From a virus: a DNA stretch of 64,000 bases. Shown here piece by piece: positions 17,657 to 26,152 of the stretch. A program made the position numbers and the translations under genes. Numbering within the stretch: the first letter of the stretch is position 1; each line of letters begins with the position of its first letter. The notes beneath the pieces are model-generated. The model was not told where the DNA came from and made no database searches. It saw nothing but the letters and a program-made list of their open reading frames with translations. The stretch lies in IMG/VR virus record IMGVR_UViG_3300021599_000885. One strand, given 5' to 3'.

Positions 17657-18174
17657 TTGAACTCACACTCCACTTGTTTTCTTCTATAATGATTTTGTAA
17701 TGGTGTAACCCATCTCAAATTATCAATAGAATTGTTTGAGGGATCATTATCAATATGGTCAATATATGCAGTGTCTCTTACCCACTGCTTGAAACACTCT
17801 GGGGCATCGTCCCATTCATCTATCAAAGAGTCTGGCGGATACCTATCGATTGGTTTCCATGTTTCCATTACTGCCCTGTGAATGTCTATACGAATTTTCG
17901 ATGTAGTAAAGTTATATTTTTCTTGAATTAGTGTGCTGGTTCCTGCTGAATGTTCAAAATCTTCATAAAATCCTTTTGGAACACGACATGCGGTTGTTAA
18001 ACATTTAAGACGTTTTCTTCCACTCGCATAGTATTCAAAGTTTTGCGTATGGGTCATGAATTTATTTGATTTTGAACTGTATATCTCCCCCTCTTTAGAA
18101 ACATAATATCCAGGAATCTCTTTCCCAAATCTAACCAGTGGTTTAAATCTTTCTTCACCAAAAATGTTCAACAT
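17653..18174 (-). CDS. HNH endonuclease (NUMOD4-like N-terminus)
   Basis: YYVSKEGEIYS; IHRAVMETW; IDHIDNDPSNNSIDNLRWVTPLQN. Confidence 0.85.
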   Translation of the reverse strand: MLNIFGEERFKPLVRFGKEIPGYYVSKEGEIYSSKSNKFMTHTQNFEYYASGRKRLKCLTTACRVPKGFYEDFEHSAGTSTLIQEKYNFTTSKIRIDIHRAVMETWKPIDRYPPDSLIDEWDDAPECFKQWVRDTAYIDHIDNDPSNNSIDNLRWVTPLQNHYRRKQVECEFK

Positions 18175-18176
18175 AA

Positions 18177-18380
18177 TCAGTTCCTCTCAATAAAGGAACG
18201 CATTTCTTCCGCAAGTCTATGAATTTCTTCATCACTAGGGTAGATTGGATAATTACCAGGATCTTCTCCTTTATCAAGGAGAATATTGTAGCGATTTTCT
18301 TCCGCATTGTAGCGGTTTACAAGACGACTTTCTGCCTGCTGGAGAAGTTCCCAGCGCAGGTCGTATGGATTGCGAGCCAT
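18177..18380 (-). CDS. Small hypothetical protein (67 aa)
   Basis: MARNPYDLRWELLQQA...YPSDEEIHRLAEEMRSFI; preceded by a CA-rich leader and a late promoter. Confidence 0.75.
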   Translation of the reverse strand: MARNPYDLRWELLQQAESRLVNRYNAEENRYNILLDKGEDPGNYPIYPSDEEIHRLAEEMRSFIERN

Positions 18381-18466
18381 AGTTTTATTAAAATAGTATG
18401 TGTTTGATTTGTGTTTGTGTGTCTGTGTGTAAGATATACCTTACGCGACTAACATCAAATCTGTTT

Positions 18467-18474
18467 TATTTATA
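18467..18474 (-). promoter_or_regulatory. Late promoter TATAAATA at the start of the HNH cassette
   Basis: tatttata on the + strand, 4 nt past the gp44 stop. Confidence 0.75.
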
Positions 18475-18478
18475 TCAC

Positions 18479-19420
18479 TTACTTGAACTCACACTCCACC
18501 ATAATTTCAGTTAGTGCTGCTAGGAGGTTAATTTCCTGATCAGCCACGAACGCACATTGGTATTGATACTTAGCAATAACAAGAACGGCAGCGGGGATAG
18601 TACTGGGAGAAAGGCAACTATAACAGGAGTCATAAACCCTGCGAAGTAGGCTAGAAGCATCGTTGTCCAGGTTGGAGACCACCCATTTGCGGACTTCGGT
18701 GAAATTCTTTTCCTTGAGATGTTTAATGAGGTCATTTACAGAGATGTCAGAGAAAGAAGCAAGAATACCAGAGTCGATTTCTCCTCCTACGGAGTATCTT
18801 TGGCATTCGTTGAGGACTCGTCGCCAGTCGGGGAAATGTTTATTGATAATCTCCGCAAGTACTCTTTGATCGAATCGGACGCCTTCCGCATCCAGGATGT
18901 CTTGTAGACGCTTGAAGAAGAGTCCTGCCAGTGCGGTTTTTTCTTTCCCTTTGATCGAGAAGTCAACAACGGCACATCTGCTATGAAGGGGCTCGATGAT
19001 CTTGTTCTTGTAGTTGCAGGTAAAGATGAAACGGCAATTACCAGCAAATTCCTCAATAAACGCCCGTAGGAGGAGTTGTACATCGTTGCCTGTGTTGTCT
19101 GCCTCATCAATGATAACGACCTTGTGTTTAGCATCTGACGAAAGTGAGACGGTCGAAGCGAAGTTCTTCGCATTGTTTCGGACAGTATCAAGGAATCTAC
19201 CCTCGTCGGATCCATTGATGACATAAACATCTACCCCCAGTTCGTTACAAAGTGCTTTAGCAACAGTGGTCTTGCCGATACCAGGAGGACCTGCAAGAAG
19301 CATATTAGGAATCTCACCCTTATTCAAAAACTCCCTAAACATAGTCTTGGTAGACTCTGGGAGAATACAATCTTCAATAGTCTTCGGGCGATATTTCTCA
19401 ACCCAAATAAAATCACTCAT
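18479..19420 (-). CDS. gp44: Clamp loader large subunit (gp44, RFC-like AAA+)
   Basis: WVEKYRP, GPPGIGKT, IIDEAD, LHSRC; likely start MSDFIW. Confidence 0.95.
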   Translation of the reverse strand: MSDFIWVEKYRPKTIEDCILPESTKTMFREFLNKGEIPNMLLAGPPGIGKTTVAKALCNELGVDVYVINGSDEGRFLDTVRNNAKNFASTVSLSSDAKHKVVIIDEADNTGNDVQLLLRAFIEEFAGNCRFIFTCNYKNKIIEPLHSRCAVVDFSIKGKEKTALAGLFFKRLQDILDAEGVRFDQRVLAEIINKHFPDWRRVLNECQRYSVGGEIDSGILASFSDISVNDLIKHLKEKNFTEVRKWVVSNLDNDASSLLRRVYDSCYSCLSPSTIPAAVLVIAKYQYQCAFVADQEINLLAALTEIMVECEFK

Positions 19421-19422
19421 AA

Positions 19423-19545
19423 TCAAATCCAATCTGGTTTTTTCAATTTAGAGGAGGGAACAATCTCCCACCATTCTTTCCCATCAAAAATATACAACTT
19501 ATGCGTATCTTTGTCAAGGAAAACATCACCTTTCTGATAGTTCAT
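19423..19545 (-). CDS. Small hypothetical protein (40 aa)
   Basis: Manual translation MNYQKGDVFLDKDTHKLYIFDGKEWWEIVPSSKLKKPDWI; ATGA overlap with the upstream stop. Confidence 0.6.
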   Translation of the reverse strand: MNYQKGDVFLDKDTHKLYIFDGKEWWEIVPSSKLKKPDWI

Positions 19546-20051
19546 ACCCATTCAGGTTTACGTTGGGGCATACGCAGATAGTTATCAGCAACCCAAGGTT
19601 TAGATGCAATATACATCTTGTATGCGTCAAAAGTGGAAATACTAGTATCAAACTTATATTCCTCAGGCATTGCTCGTGCGAAGGGGGTCACACTAGTAAT
19701 CTTTCCTTTTGGGAAAAGATAATAAGCATGAGTAAGAGTCCCTTCACAGGAGTGTTGCCTATTATAGCGTAATGTATACTCAGAACACAAGTTCAGTCCC
19801 CATTTAATAAGCCAATACGCATTATCTATTGTTTCTGCTGCCCACTTAGTACATGGATGATTGCGGAATGCTCCTTTTTCAGTTTTATATGCAGTGCCGT
19901 CTTCTTTAGGAAGAATACCATAATCATGATACCAGGGAGAAGCGATGATGCTGAGCATCTGACAGCATTCTAGCGGCATCTTGACGATGTGTTTGTCTGG
20001 AAGACAAATAGCACTTTCGGCAGGGAATGGATTAGTTACAAAGATATTCAT
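19542..20051 (-). CDS. Pyrimidine-dimer DNA glycosylase / DenV-superfamily protein
   Basis: MNIF...DKHIVKMPLECCQML...NHPCTKW...F-AMP...RKPEW. Confidence 0.8.
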   Translation of the reverse strand: MNIFVTNPFPAESAICLPDKHIVKMPLECCQMLSIIASPWYHDYGILPKEDGTAYKTEKGAFRNHPCTKWAAETIDNAYWLIKWGLNLCSEYTLRYNRQHSCEGTLTHAYYLFPKGKITSVTPFARAMPEEYKFDTSISTFDAYKMYIASKPWVADNYLRMPQRKPEWV

Positions 20052-20505
20052 CGGAAAGAAACCGCTTTAAGTATTCTACACCCCAGTCTAATGCCTCATG
20101 TGAGATGTCGGTGATGTTTTGTGCCAGAATGTCTTTTGCCTTAACAATTCTATCTTGTCCAAGAGCACGGACACAAGCGGCAGAAACAACCATAAACTCT
20201 TCAAGATCATCATTGTTTCCTTTTTTGAATCCACTGATATACAGATCTCGAACTTCTCTCATAAGTTGTTCTGTTTGTGATTCAAATTTAATGGTTCCTT
20301 CCTTCAAAGGAATCTCCATATTCTTCATACAAGACATACTAAACTTCATCGCCTTTCTGGTTTCTTCAATAGACAGGGCATAGTCTTTACCATCTCTAAA
20401 GGCATATTGAATAATACCATTAGCACACTCCATTACGCGAAGAATAGCAACCTTATCCTTTTCATTATCGGATAGATTGTTAAAGATGGTGTCCCAGTCT
20501 TTCAT
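20032..20505 (-). CDS. Hypothetical protein
   Basis: 157-aa helical-looking ORF coupled to speD. Confidence 0.7.
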   Translation of the reverse strand: MKDWDTIFNNLSDNEKDKVAILRVMECANGIIQYAFRDGKDYALSIEETRKAMKFSMSCMKNMEIPLKEGTIKFESQTEQLMREVRDLYISGFKKGNNDDLEEFMVVSAACVRALGQDRIVKAKDILAQNITDISHEALDWGVEYLKRFLSDEYLCN

Positions 20506-20840
20506 TCCAATGGTCTCACAAATTCATTAGAAACAATGTCTGTAGCATTCATTGACTCATACATGTATGTTACACCAGCACGGGGAACTGTATGGTCTCC
20601 ACAAGTAAAAACATCACAAACTGCAATACCCATCTCTGGCCAAGTATGGATGCTGATATGTGATTCAGCAAGAAGAGCAATAGCAGTTACACCTTGAGGA
20701 TCAAACTTATGAGATGAAACATCAAGCAATGTGCTTTTACAAAGTTGTGCTGCTTTTACAAGCACATTGCGAATATGTGACTCATCATCAAGTAGATTCT
20801 CAGAACAACCTTTAAGTGTAAAGAGAATGTGTTTCATCAA
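20502..20840 (-). CDS. speD: S-adenosylmethionine decarboxylase proenzyme
   Basis: HKFDPQGVT...LLAESHISIHTWPE...DVFTCG, containing the ESH self-cleavage site. Confidence 0.93.
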   Translation of the reverse strand: MMKHILFTLKGCSENLLDDESHIRNVLVKAAQLCKSTLLDVSSHKFDPQGVTAIALLAESHISIHTWPEMGIAVCDVFTCGDHTVPRAGVTYMYESMNATDIVSNEFVRPLE

Positions 20841-21511
20841 CCAAAAGTAGAGTCGGGTTCCAAAGCAATAAAATACGTCAGGTTGTATTTTGTATTTGTA
20901 AACTGAGATAGCAGTTTAGAAGACACTACAACATCGTAGGCACCAGGAATAATCTTGATGTTTTCTACCTTGAAGTTGAAAGTAAACTCTTGATCAGTCT
21001 CACCAACCACAATGGCGTATTCATTAGAAGTATCGTTCTTCTTATCACGAACAACGAGTTTCACAACACCTGCCTCGCCAATAGCAGAAAGATCAGGCAG
21101 TTGATAAACTGCTGCTGCTTTCACCAGTTTTTCCAAAGAAGCACTGTCCAGTTGGAAGCAAACATCTTGAGAGGGAAGTTGAATATCTTTCTCTGGGGGA
21201 GAAATGATAACGTTAGGATCTGCAAAGAAATACTTCACACGACGCTTACCTTCTTTGATAGAAAGATAAGAATCCTCTTTGAAGTCAAGGTCAGGGTCCT
21301 GGTGAAGACTCAGACCATTCAGAAACTGGTTGAGATCGTAAATAGCAAAGTCACGGGGAAACTCTTCTGTAATGTCTGCCTCTGCAAGAATATTCTTGGC
21401 AACAGAAATAGTACGAAGACGGTTACCCTCCTTCACAAGGATAGAGTTGTTAATACCAGCAAAATTCTTGAGAATAGTGAGGGTGTTATCAGAAAGTTTC
21501 ATGTTGTTCAT
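20837..21511 (-). CDS. gp45: Sliding clamp (gp45)
   Basis: MKLSDNTLTILKNFAGIN...FAIYDLNQFL...YFIALE. Confidence 0.95.
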   Translation of the reverse strand: MNNMKLSDNTLTILKNFAGINNSILVKEGNRLRTISVAKNILAEADITEEFPRDFAIYDLNQFLNGLSLHQDPDLDFKEDSYLSIKEGKRRVKYFFADPNVIISPPEKDIQLPSQDVCFQLDSASLEKLVKAAAVYQLPDLSAIGEAGVVKLVVRDKKNDTSNEYAIVVGETDQEFTFNFKVENIKIIPGAYDVVVSSKLLSQFTNTKYNLTYFIALEPDSTFG

Positions 21512-21513
21512 TA

Positions 21514-21927
21514 TCAGCGGAATTCAGTAAGACCATTATTTTGACGGGAGTAGTGTCCGTCGAAGTGAAGCAGAAGCATAGCATAGTGAATGACTTTGAG
21601 GAGGTCACGCTTATTGCGTCCATCTTTATCACCATAGCGGCTCCCATACTTTAGGATGTTTGCCTGACAGAAACCAGGAGCAAGATCTTTTGCAGCCATC
21701 AGGTCAATAGTTTGAATATCTTGGTATTCTTGGTTGTGACCACAATAGTGGCTTCCATAAGTGCTGGTCACATAGTCCTGAATATCTTTCAGGATTTTAT
21801 CTTCGTTATATTTCCAGAGATGATTAGTATTTTCAGGCATAGTAACAGGGATTTTTTCAAGGTTAAGTGTACCACCACTATTATCAGTCATGGTGAATTG
21901 ATAATCTGAATAAGGATACTCGTCCAT
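21514..21927 (-). CDS. DUF3310-like (T7 gp1.7-like nucleotide kinase domain) protein
   Basis: HY...GFCQANILKYGSRYGDKDG...DLLKVIHYA; start probably MDEYPY, after the hairpin at 21931-21958. Confidence 0.65.
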   Translation of the reverse strand: MDEYPYSDYQFTMTDNSGGTLNLEKIPVTMPENTNHLWKYNEDKILKDIQDYVTSTYGSHYCGHNQEYQDIQTIDLMAAKDLAPGFCQANILKYGSRYGDKDGRNKRDLLKVIHYAMLLLHFDGHYSRQNNGLTEFR

Positions 21928-21965
21928 AATAAAGGGAAGGCGCATTTTTACCTTCCCCAATTATA

Positions 21966-23054
21966 TCAGAAAGGTGCTTCTTGGTCAACGGGCATTTGGA
22001 AATCAGCATCCACCTTATCATACAGTTCAAGGAATGCTTGCTTGGTTTCATCATCAAAGCGGTTCACACACACTTGGATTGCCTTTGCCTTGTCTTGGAA
22101 GATGCTGTAAGCACGGATGATGTGAATCAAACGGCGGGTGCTGATGATTTCCTCAATACCGCCATCATAGAAGGTCTTGCGGATGATGTCTGCCCAGTCC
22201 ACCAGACGCTTACAGAACTGACGGTCTTCCACACCAAGGTCCAGAGCGATGCCTTCCAGGATCTTCTGCTCAATAGCAGGAGCGGGATAGGACTGCTCAA
22301 AGGTCACAGGGAAGCGTTCCAGGAATGCTTCGTTCAGAACATTAGTGCCGATGAAGCGACCATCATCAGAACCCTTACCCTTGGTGTTTGCGGTGGCGAT
22401 CACATTGAAACCAGCGGCAGGTTTGACCCAGCGACCAATCTTCTTAAGGAACACACCCTTACCTTCAAGAATAGATTGGAGACACAGAATCTTGTTGGAA
22501 GCAAGGTCAATCTCATCCAGCAGGAGAATAGCACCACGCTCAAGTGCCTCAATCACAGGACCATTGTGCCAAGCAGTGTTACCATCCACAAGACGGAAAC
22601 CACCAATCAAGTCATCCTCATCGGTCTCAATGGTAATGTTTACACGAATCAACTCACGCTTCAGTTGGGCACAAGCTTGCTCAACAGAGAAAGTTTTACC
22701 GTTACCAGAGAGTCCCGTAATGAAAGTAGGATAGAAAAGACGGGACTCAATAATCTTGCGAATATCACCAAAGTTACCAAACTTGACGAAGGTATCATCT
22801 TTTTCAGGGATAAGGTTTTGCTCAACAGCAGGAATAGCAGCAGGTGCTTTTACAACCTGCTCAAACTGCTCTCGTGCCTCTTGGATGGTCAGATTCCACT
22901 TACCACGACCAGTCTTATATTGATCAAGTTTTTTCGTAACAGTTTGATAGTTAGCACCATTCATAGCACACCATCCACGAACATCAGCAGCAGTAACGGA
23001 CTCACCGTAAACTGCCTGAAGAGAAGTGATGATGTAGTCAGCGGAAATGGTCAT
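21966..23054 (-). CDS. cobS: CobS-like MoxR-family AAA+ ATPase
   Basis: GLSGNGKT, LLLDEID, ATANTKG, NEAFLERF, ISTRRL. Confidence 0.9.
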   Translation of the reverse strand: MTISADYIITSLQAVYGESVTAADVRGWCAMNGANYQTVTKKLDQYKTGRGKWNLTIQEAREQFEQVVKAPAAIPAVEQNLIPEKDDTFVKFGNFGDIRKIIESRLFYPTFITGLSGNGKTFSVEQACAQLKRELIRVNITIETDEDDLIGGFRLVDGNTAWHNGPVIEALERGAILLLDEIDLASNKILCLQSILEGKGVFLKKIGRWVKPAAGFNVIATANTKGKGSDDGRFIGTNVLNEAFLERFPVTFEQSYPAPAIEQKILEGIALDLGVEDRQFCKRLVDWADIIRKTFYDGGIEEIISTRRLIHIIRAYSIFQDKAKAIQVCVNRFDDETKQAFLELYDKVDADFQMPVDQEAPF

Positions 23055-23079
23055 TGAGTGGTTTTGTTTAACTGAAGTT

Positions 23080-23136
23080 ATTATATACGGAAAAGGGGGT
23101 CACAAGGACCCCCAGTGGACAGTTTGGAAATTGGAC
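23080..23136 (-). promoter_or_regulatory. Motif + terminator-like hairpin + TATAAT element, copy 1
   Basis: AAACTGTCCACTGGG motif, GGGGTC/GACCCC hairpin with T-run, TATAAT at 23085-23080. Confidence 0.65.
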
Positions 23137-23138
23137 TA

Positions 23139-23285
23139 TCACTTTCTTCGAAGAGTCTTTTTAGCAGACTTATATGGGACAGGTGGTTTTAATTCTACTG
23201 GTTCTGGAGTAGTTGACTCAATAACTGGTTTGATATCTTCTTTAGAAACATCTGAGTTTGAAAATAAATCGGAAAATCTACTCAT
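23139..23285 (-). CDS. Small hypothetical protein (48 aa)
   Basis: Manual translation MSRFSDLFSNSDVSKEDIKPVIESTTPEPVELKPPVPYKSAKKTLRRK; ATAAATA upstream. Confidence 0.6.
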   Translation of the reverse strand: MSRFSDLFSNSDVSKEDIKPVIESTTPEPVELKPPVPYKSAKKTLRRK

Positions 23286-23315
23286 TAGAGTTATTGGAAT
23301 TCTTTGAAATATTTA

Positions 23316-25457
23316 TCAAGCAACGAGTTCTACAAACTCTCCAAGAATCTTTTTGTTCATCTTCTTGGACTTAAGACTCTTCACAAATGCAGATTTGATT
23401 TGAGTCTTGGTAGCATCTTCGGCAACTTCAAATTCAGCATCTTGTGCGAGAGCATTTGCCGAAAGTCCAAAGTAAGCATTATACCCAGACTTCTTAATAG
23501 TAAATGCTTTTTCTTTCTTCCAAATGCTCATGGTCTTCTCAAAGTCTGGTCCATAATATCCACAATAACGACGGATAAAGGAACCAGCATCACGGGAAGC
23601 AAGCACACGAATACCAATGAAGTTCATGTCCTTAAACTTATCCCGCAGATTTTGAAGAAGAACATCAGTAAACTCATACCACTCACAATCAAGCGAATAA
23701 GTCATACCAGTCTTACGATCACGCAAGAAGGCATTAGGTCCAATATATGCAGTGCCCATAAAAGGATCATCTTCCCAGCGGCGTTGAACTTCACGGTGAT
23801 ATTTGGGCATTGCTGCCTCACCATCGGTTAGAACAACACACTGAATCTTTTGAAGTTTGTTCTCTTGTTGGAACTTAGGAAGAATCTGATGAAGAGCGAT
23901 CAAGGTCTCATTAAGAGGAGTACCAGAGAGACTCAAACCATAAGGAATAGTATAGCGAGCATGAGAGTTCCAACGAAACGCAGTAGCAAGACGAAAGATA
24001 TTCTTCATCTGCTCTTCCAAAGTTTTAGCATTGGTCTTGCTGGTGAGCATATTCATCAGCGAGAACCATTCACCAACTTGAACCAGTCCATCTTTTTTGG
24101 TATAAGCAAGTTCACGGAGGTTTGCCTTGTTGTCCTCATCATACTTCACCAGAGGATAATCACTGGTAAAGGCATAAACATCAAAGGGGATAGCAACTTT
24201 CTTACAGAACCACACAAGGTTGAAGAGTTGCTTGACGGTATCCAGCATCACATCACTCATTGAACCAGACCAGTCAAGGATGAACACCAGACCATGATTC
24301 TTACCATCAGCAAGAGTGGTGACTTTCTTAAAGAGATCTTCGTTATATTTGTAGGTATGAAGTTTAGTGCAGTCCAGAACTCCAGTGCGGGCAGTAGAAG
24401 CACGAGCATATGAATCTGCTGCCTTGCGGCACTCAAACTCTTTGACCAGATAGTTTACTTCTTTCTGGGCAGAACGCTTGAACTCCACGAACTTTTTATC
24501 AACTTCACCAAAGATTTCGTCAGATGTGAACTCCTTATCTTCCAACCAGGAGTTCCAATATTCCCTACACTTATCATGAATTTCAGCATTAGGGACAATA
24601 ACTTTATCCAAATCAAGTTTGGGCAACTCAAGGTAAACATTCTCCTGCCCGTTTTGTTCAACCAAATCTTTGAGTGCTTCTTCAAGTGAATCCATAGTTT
24701 TCACTTCTGGTTCATCAATCTCACCACCAGTAGAGGTAGGTCTCTGCTGCTCCTGTTCGGCAGTTCCACCATAAGAGTCAGTATCACCAGGTTGCTCCTG
24801 GTCACTTTCATTCTCACCCTCAGGTTGATCGGAGAAGTCAGATGCAGGTTGGTTACCACCAGTTTGCTGAGACTCCAAAGAGTCCATCTGAGTTTTGGTT
24901 TCTTCCTGCTGCTTTGCCTTGCAAAACCTATAAAGTTTCCAAGCAGCAGCAAGAACATCAACAAAAGTTTCAGTCTCTCCAATCAGAGAAACAAGTTCTT
25001 TCTCATCATCCTCAAAAGGAATATCCACAAAGTTGCCGATTTTATAATATAGATTTACCTTATCAGCAAGATTATAAGTAGTAAGATCGTCATCAGCAAT
25101 CTGAAAGAAGTCTTGCTCCGCAAGTTCTTCATAACCTTTATAGAAGGTCTTAGAAAGACCAGCATAACGACGCTTCATCAGTTTCTCAATGCGAGCATCC
25201 TCAACCACGTTCACAAACTGGGGAGGAATCTTGTGAGTCTCCAACCAGTTTTCATCTGGAGTGTAGAGAGCATGACCAACCTCGTGACCCACCAGAAGGT
25301 CATAGACGGTGCTGCTTGCCTTTTCCCACATAGGCAGAGTCAGAACACGAGTATGGACGTTAAAACAAGCAGTCTCCACTTTCTTGTGCTCAACCACAAG
25401 ATCTTCGGTAGCAAGCAGCTTAGCGAGTTGAGACTTGATTTCGTGGCTGACGGGCAT
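23316..25457 (-). CDS. CobT-like protein: HExxH metallopeptidase-like N-terminus plus VWA domain
   Basis: GHEVGH, NVVEDARIE, MIDAS-like DWSGSM, GTPLNE, LTDGE; likely start MPVSHEIK. Confidence 0.85.
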   Translation of the reverse strand: MPVSHEIKSQLAKLLATEDLVVEHKKVETACFNVHTRVLTLPMWEKASSTVYDLLVGHEVGHALYTPDENWLETHKIPPQFVNVVEDARIEKLMKRRYAGLSKTFYKGYEELAEQDFFQIADDDLTTYNLADKVNLYYKIGNFVDIPFEDDEKELVSLIGETETFVDVLAAAWKLYRFCKAKQQEETKTQMDSLESQQTGGNQPASDFSDQPEGENESDQEQPGDTDSYGGTAEQEQQRPTSTGGEIDEPEVKTMDSLEEALKDLVEQNGQENVYLELPKLDLDKVIVPNAEIHDKCREYWNSWLEDKEFTSDEIFGEVDKKFVEFKRSAQKEVNYLVKEFECRKAADSYARASTARTGVLDCTKLHTYKYNEDLFKKVTTLADGKNHGLVFILDWSGSMSDVMLDTVKQLFNLVWFCKKVAIPFDVYAFTSDYPLVKYDEDNKANLRELAYTKKDGLVQVGEWFSLMNMLTSKTNAKTLEEQMKNIFRLATAFRWNSHARYTIPYGLSLSGTPLNETLIALHQILPKFQQENKLQKIQCVVLTDGEAAMPKYHREVQRRWEDDPFMGTAYIGPNAFLRDRKTGMTYSLDCEWYEFTDVLLQNLRDKFKDMNFIGIRVLASRDAGSFIRRYCGYYGPDFEKTMSIWKKEKAFTIKKSGYNAYFGLSANALAQDAEFEVAEDATKTQIKSAFVKSLKSKKMNKKILGEFVELVA

Positions 25458-25478
25458 CGGTCTGTTGCGTATGGACCT

Positions 25479-25534
25479 ATTATACAAAAAAAGGAGGTCC
25501 GAAGACCTCCCAGTGGACAGTTTGAAAAGTGTCC
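25479..25534 (-). promoter_or_regulatory. Motif + terminator-like hairpin + TATAAT element, copy 2
   Basis: GGACACTTTTCAAACTGTCC inverted repeat, GGAGGTC-TTCG-GACCTCC-T7, TATAAT at 25484-25479. Confidence 0.7.
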
Positions 25535-26125
25535 TCAACGACCGAAATCTGGTCCTCCTGGATTAACACCAAATGGTAATTCTTTATCAAACTCTCTGCT
25601 TCTTTTTTTTGCTGATGGAGGTGCTGGTTTTGCTGGTGCTGGTTTCTTTATCATTGATGAACTGGGGGCATTGTCTCTTGCACGATCCCTAGCGTAATCA
25701 AATGTACCCTTCACATTTTGTACTTTTTGTTTGAGAGTATCTACTCCCTTCTCAACAGTTCCAACTACTGTTCCAGCAGCTCTGGCCACATTATCTGCGG
25801 TTTGCCCAATCCAACCCTCAACAATACTCTGTCTCCACTCTTCACTCATATTTGCCATAATAGCAAGAGCTGACTTGTTGGTATCAGCATAACCTTCAGC
25901 AACCAGATATTCTAAGAGGTAGTCAAAAAGATCAACCTCTTCTTTCATCTCATTTTCTTTCTCTTCTTTCTCTTTCTTTTCTTTCTTTTTCCCCTTCATT
26001 TTAGGAGTTTCTTCCTTATCACCACACTCCTCATCATCTTCCATCTCATCTTCCATTTCTTTGCCGTATCCTTCATAGATACTAGCATATGCTTCTTTAA
26101 TAAGGCGAAGTTCTTTTGAATCCAT
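25535..26125 (-). CDS. Hypothetical protein with leader domain (putative internal head protein)
   Basis: LIKEAYASIYE N-terminus; DLFDYLLEYLVAEGYADTNKSALAIMANMSEEWRQSIVE domain; ATAAATA upstream. Confidence 0.75.
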   Translation of the reverse strand: MDSKELRLIKEAYASIYEGYGKEMEDEMEDDEECGDKEETPKMKGKKKEKKEKEEKENEMKEEVDLFDYLLEYLVAEGYADTNKSALAIMANMSEEWRQSIVEGWIGQTADNVARAAGTVVGTVEKGVDTLKQKVQNVKGTFDYARDRARDNAPSSSMIKKPAPAKPAPPSAKKRSREFDKELPFGVNPGGPDFGR

Positions 26126-26152
26126 TTTCTTATAGTTTTTAGTTATTTATGT

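Larger units (their letters stand above)
17657..18499 (-). mobile_element. HNH cassette at the gp44 3' end, flanked by a 17-bp direct repeat
   Basis: ttgaactcacactccac at 17657-17673 and 18483-18499; both gp44 and the HNH end in VECEFK. Confidence 0.75.

Noticed and set aside
18398-18430. CRISPR array or microsatellite
   Set aside because: Imperfect, short and without spacers; no cas genes. No CRISPR array was seen anywhere in the window.
17657-18499. Prophage or integrase-type att sites
   Set aside because: No integrase or transposase in the window and the unit is under 1 kb; treated as an HNH cassette instead.
21981-23057. 358-aa plus-strand ORF
   Set aside because: Antisense shadow of the cobS-like gene in the mirrored frame; no RBS or motifs; explained by codon bias.
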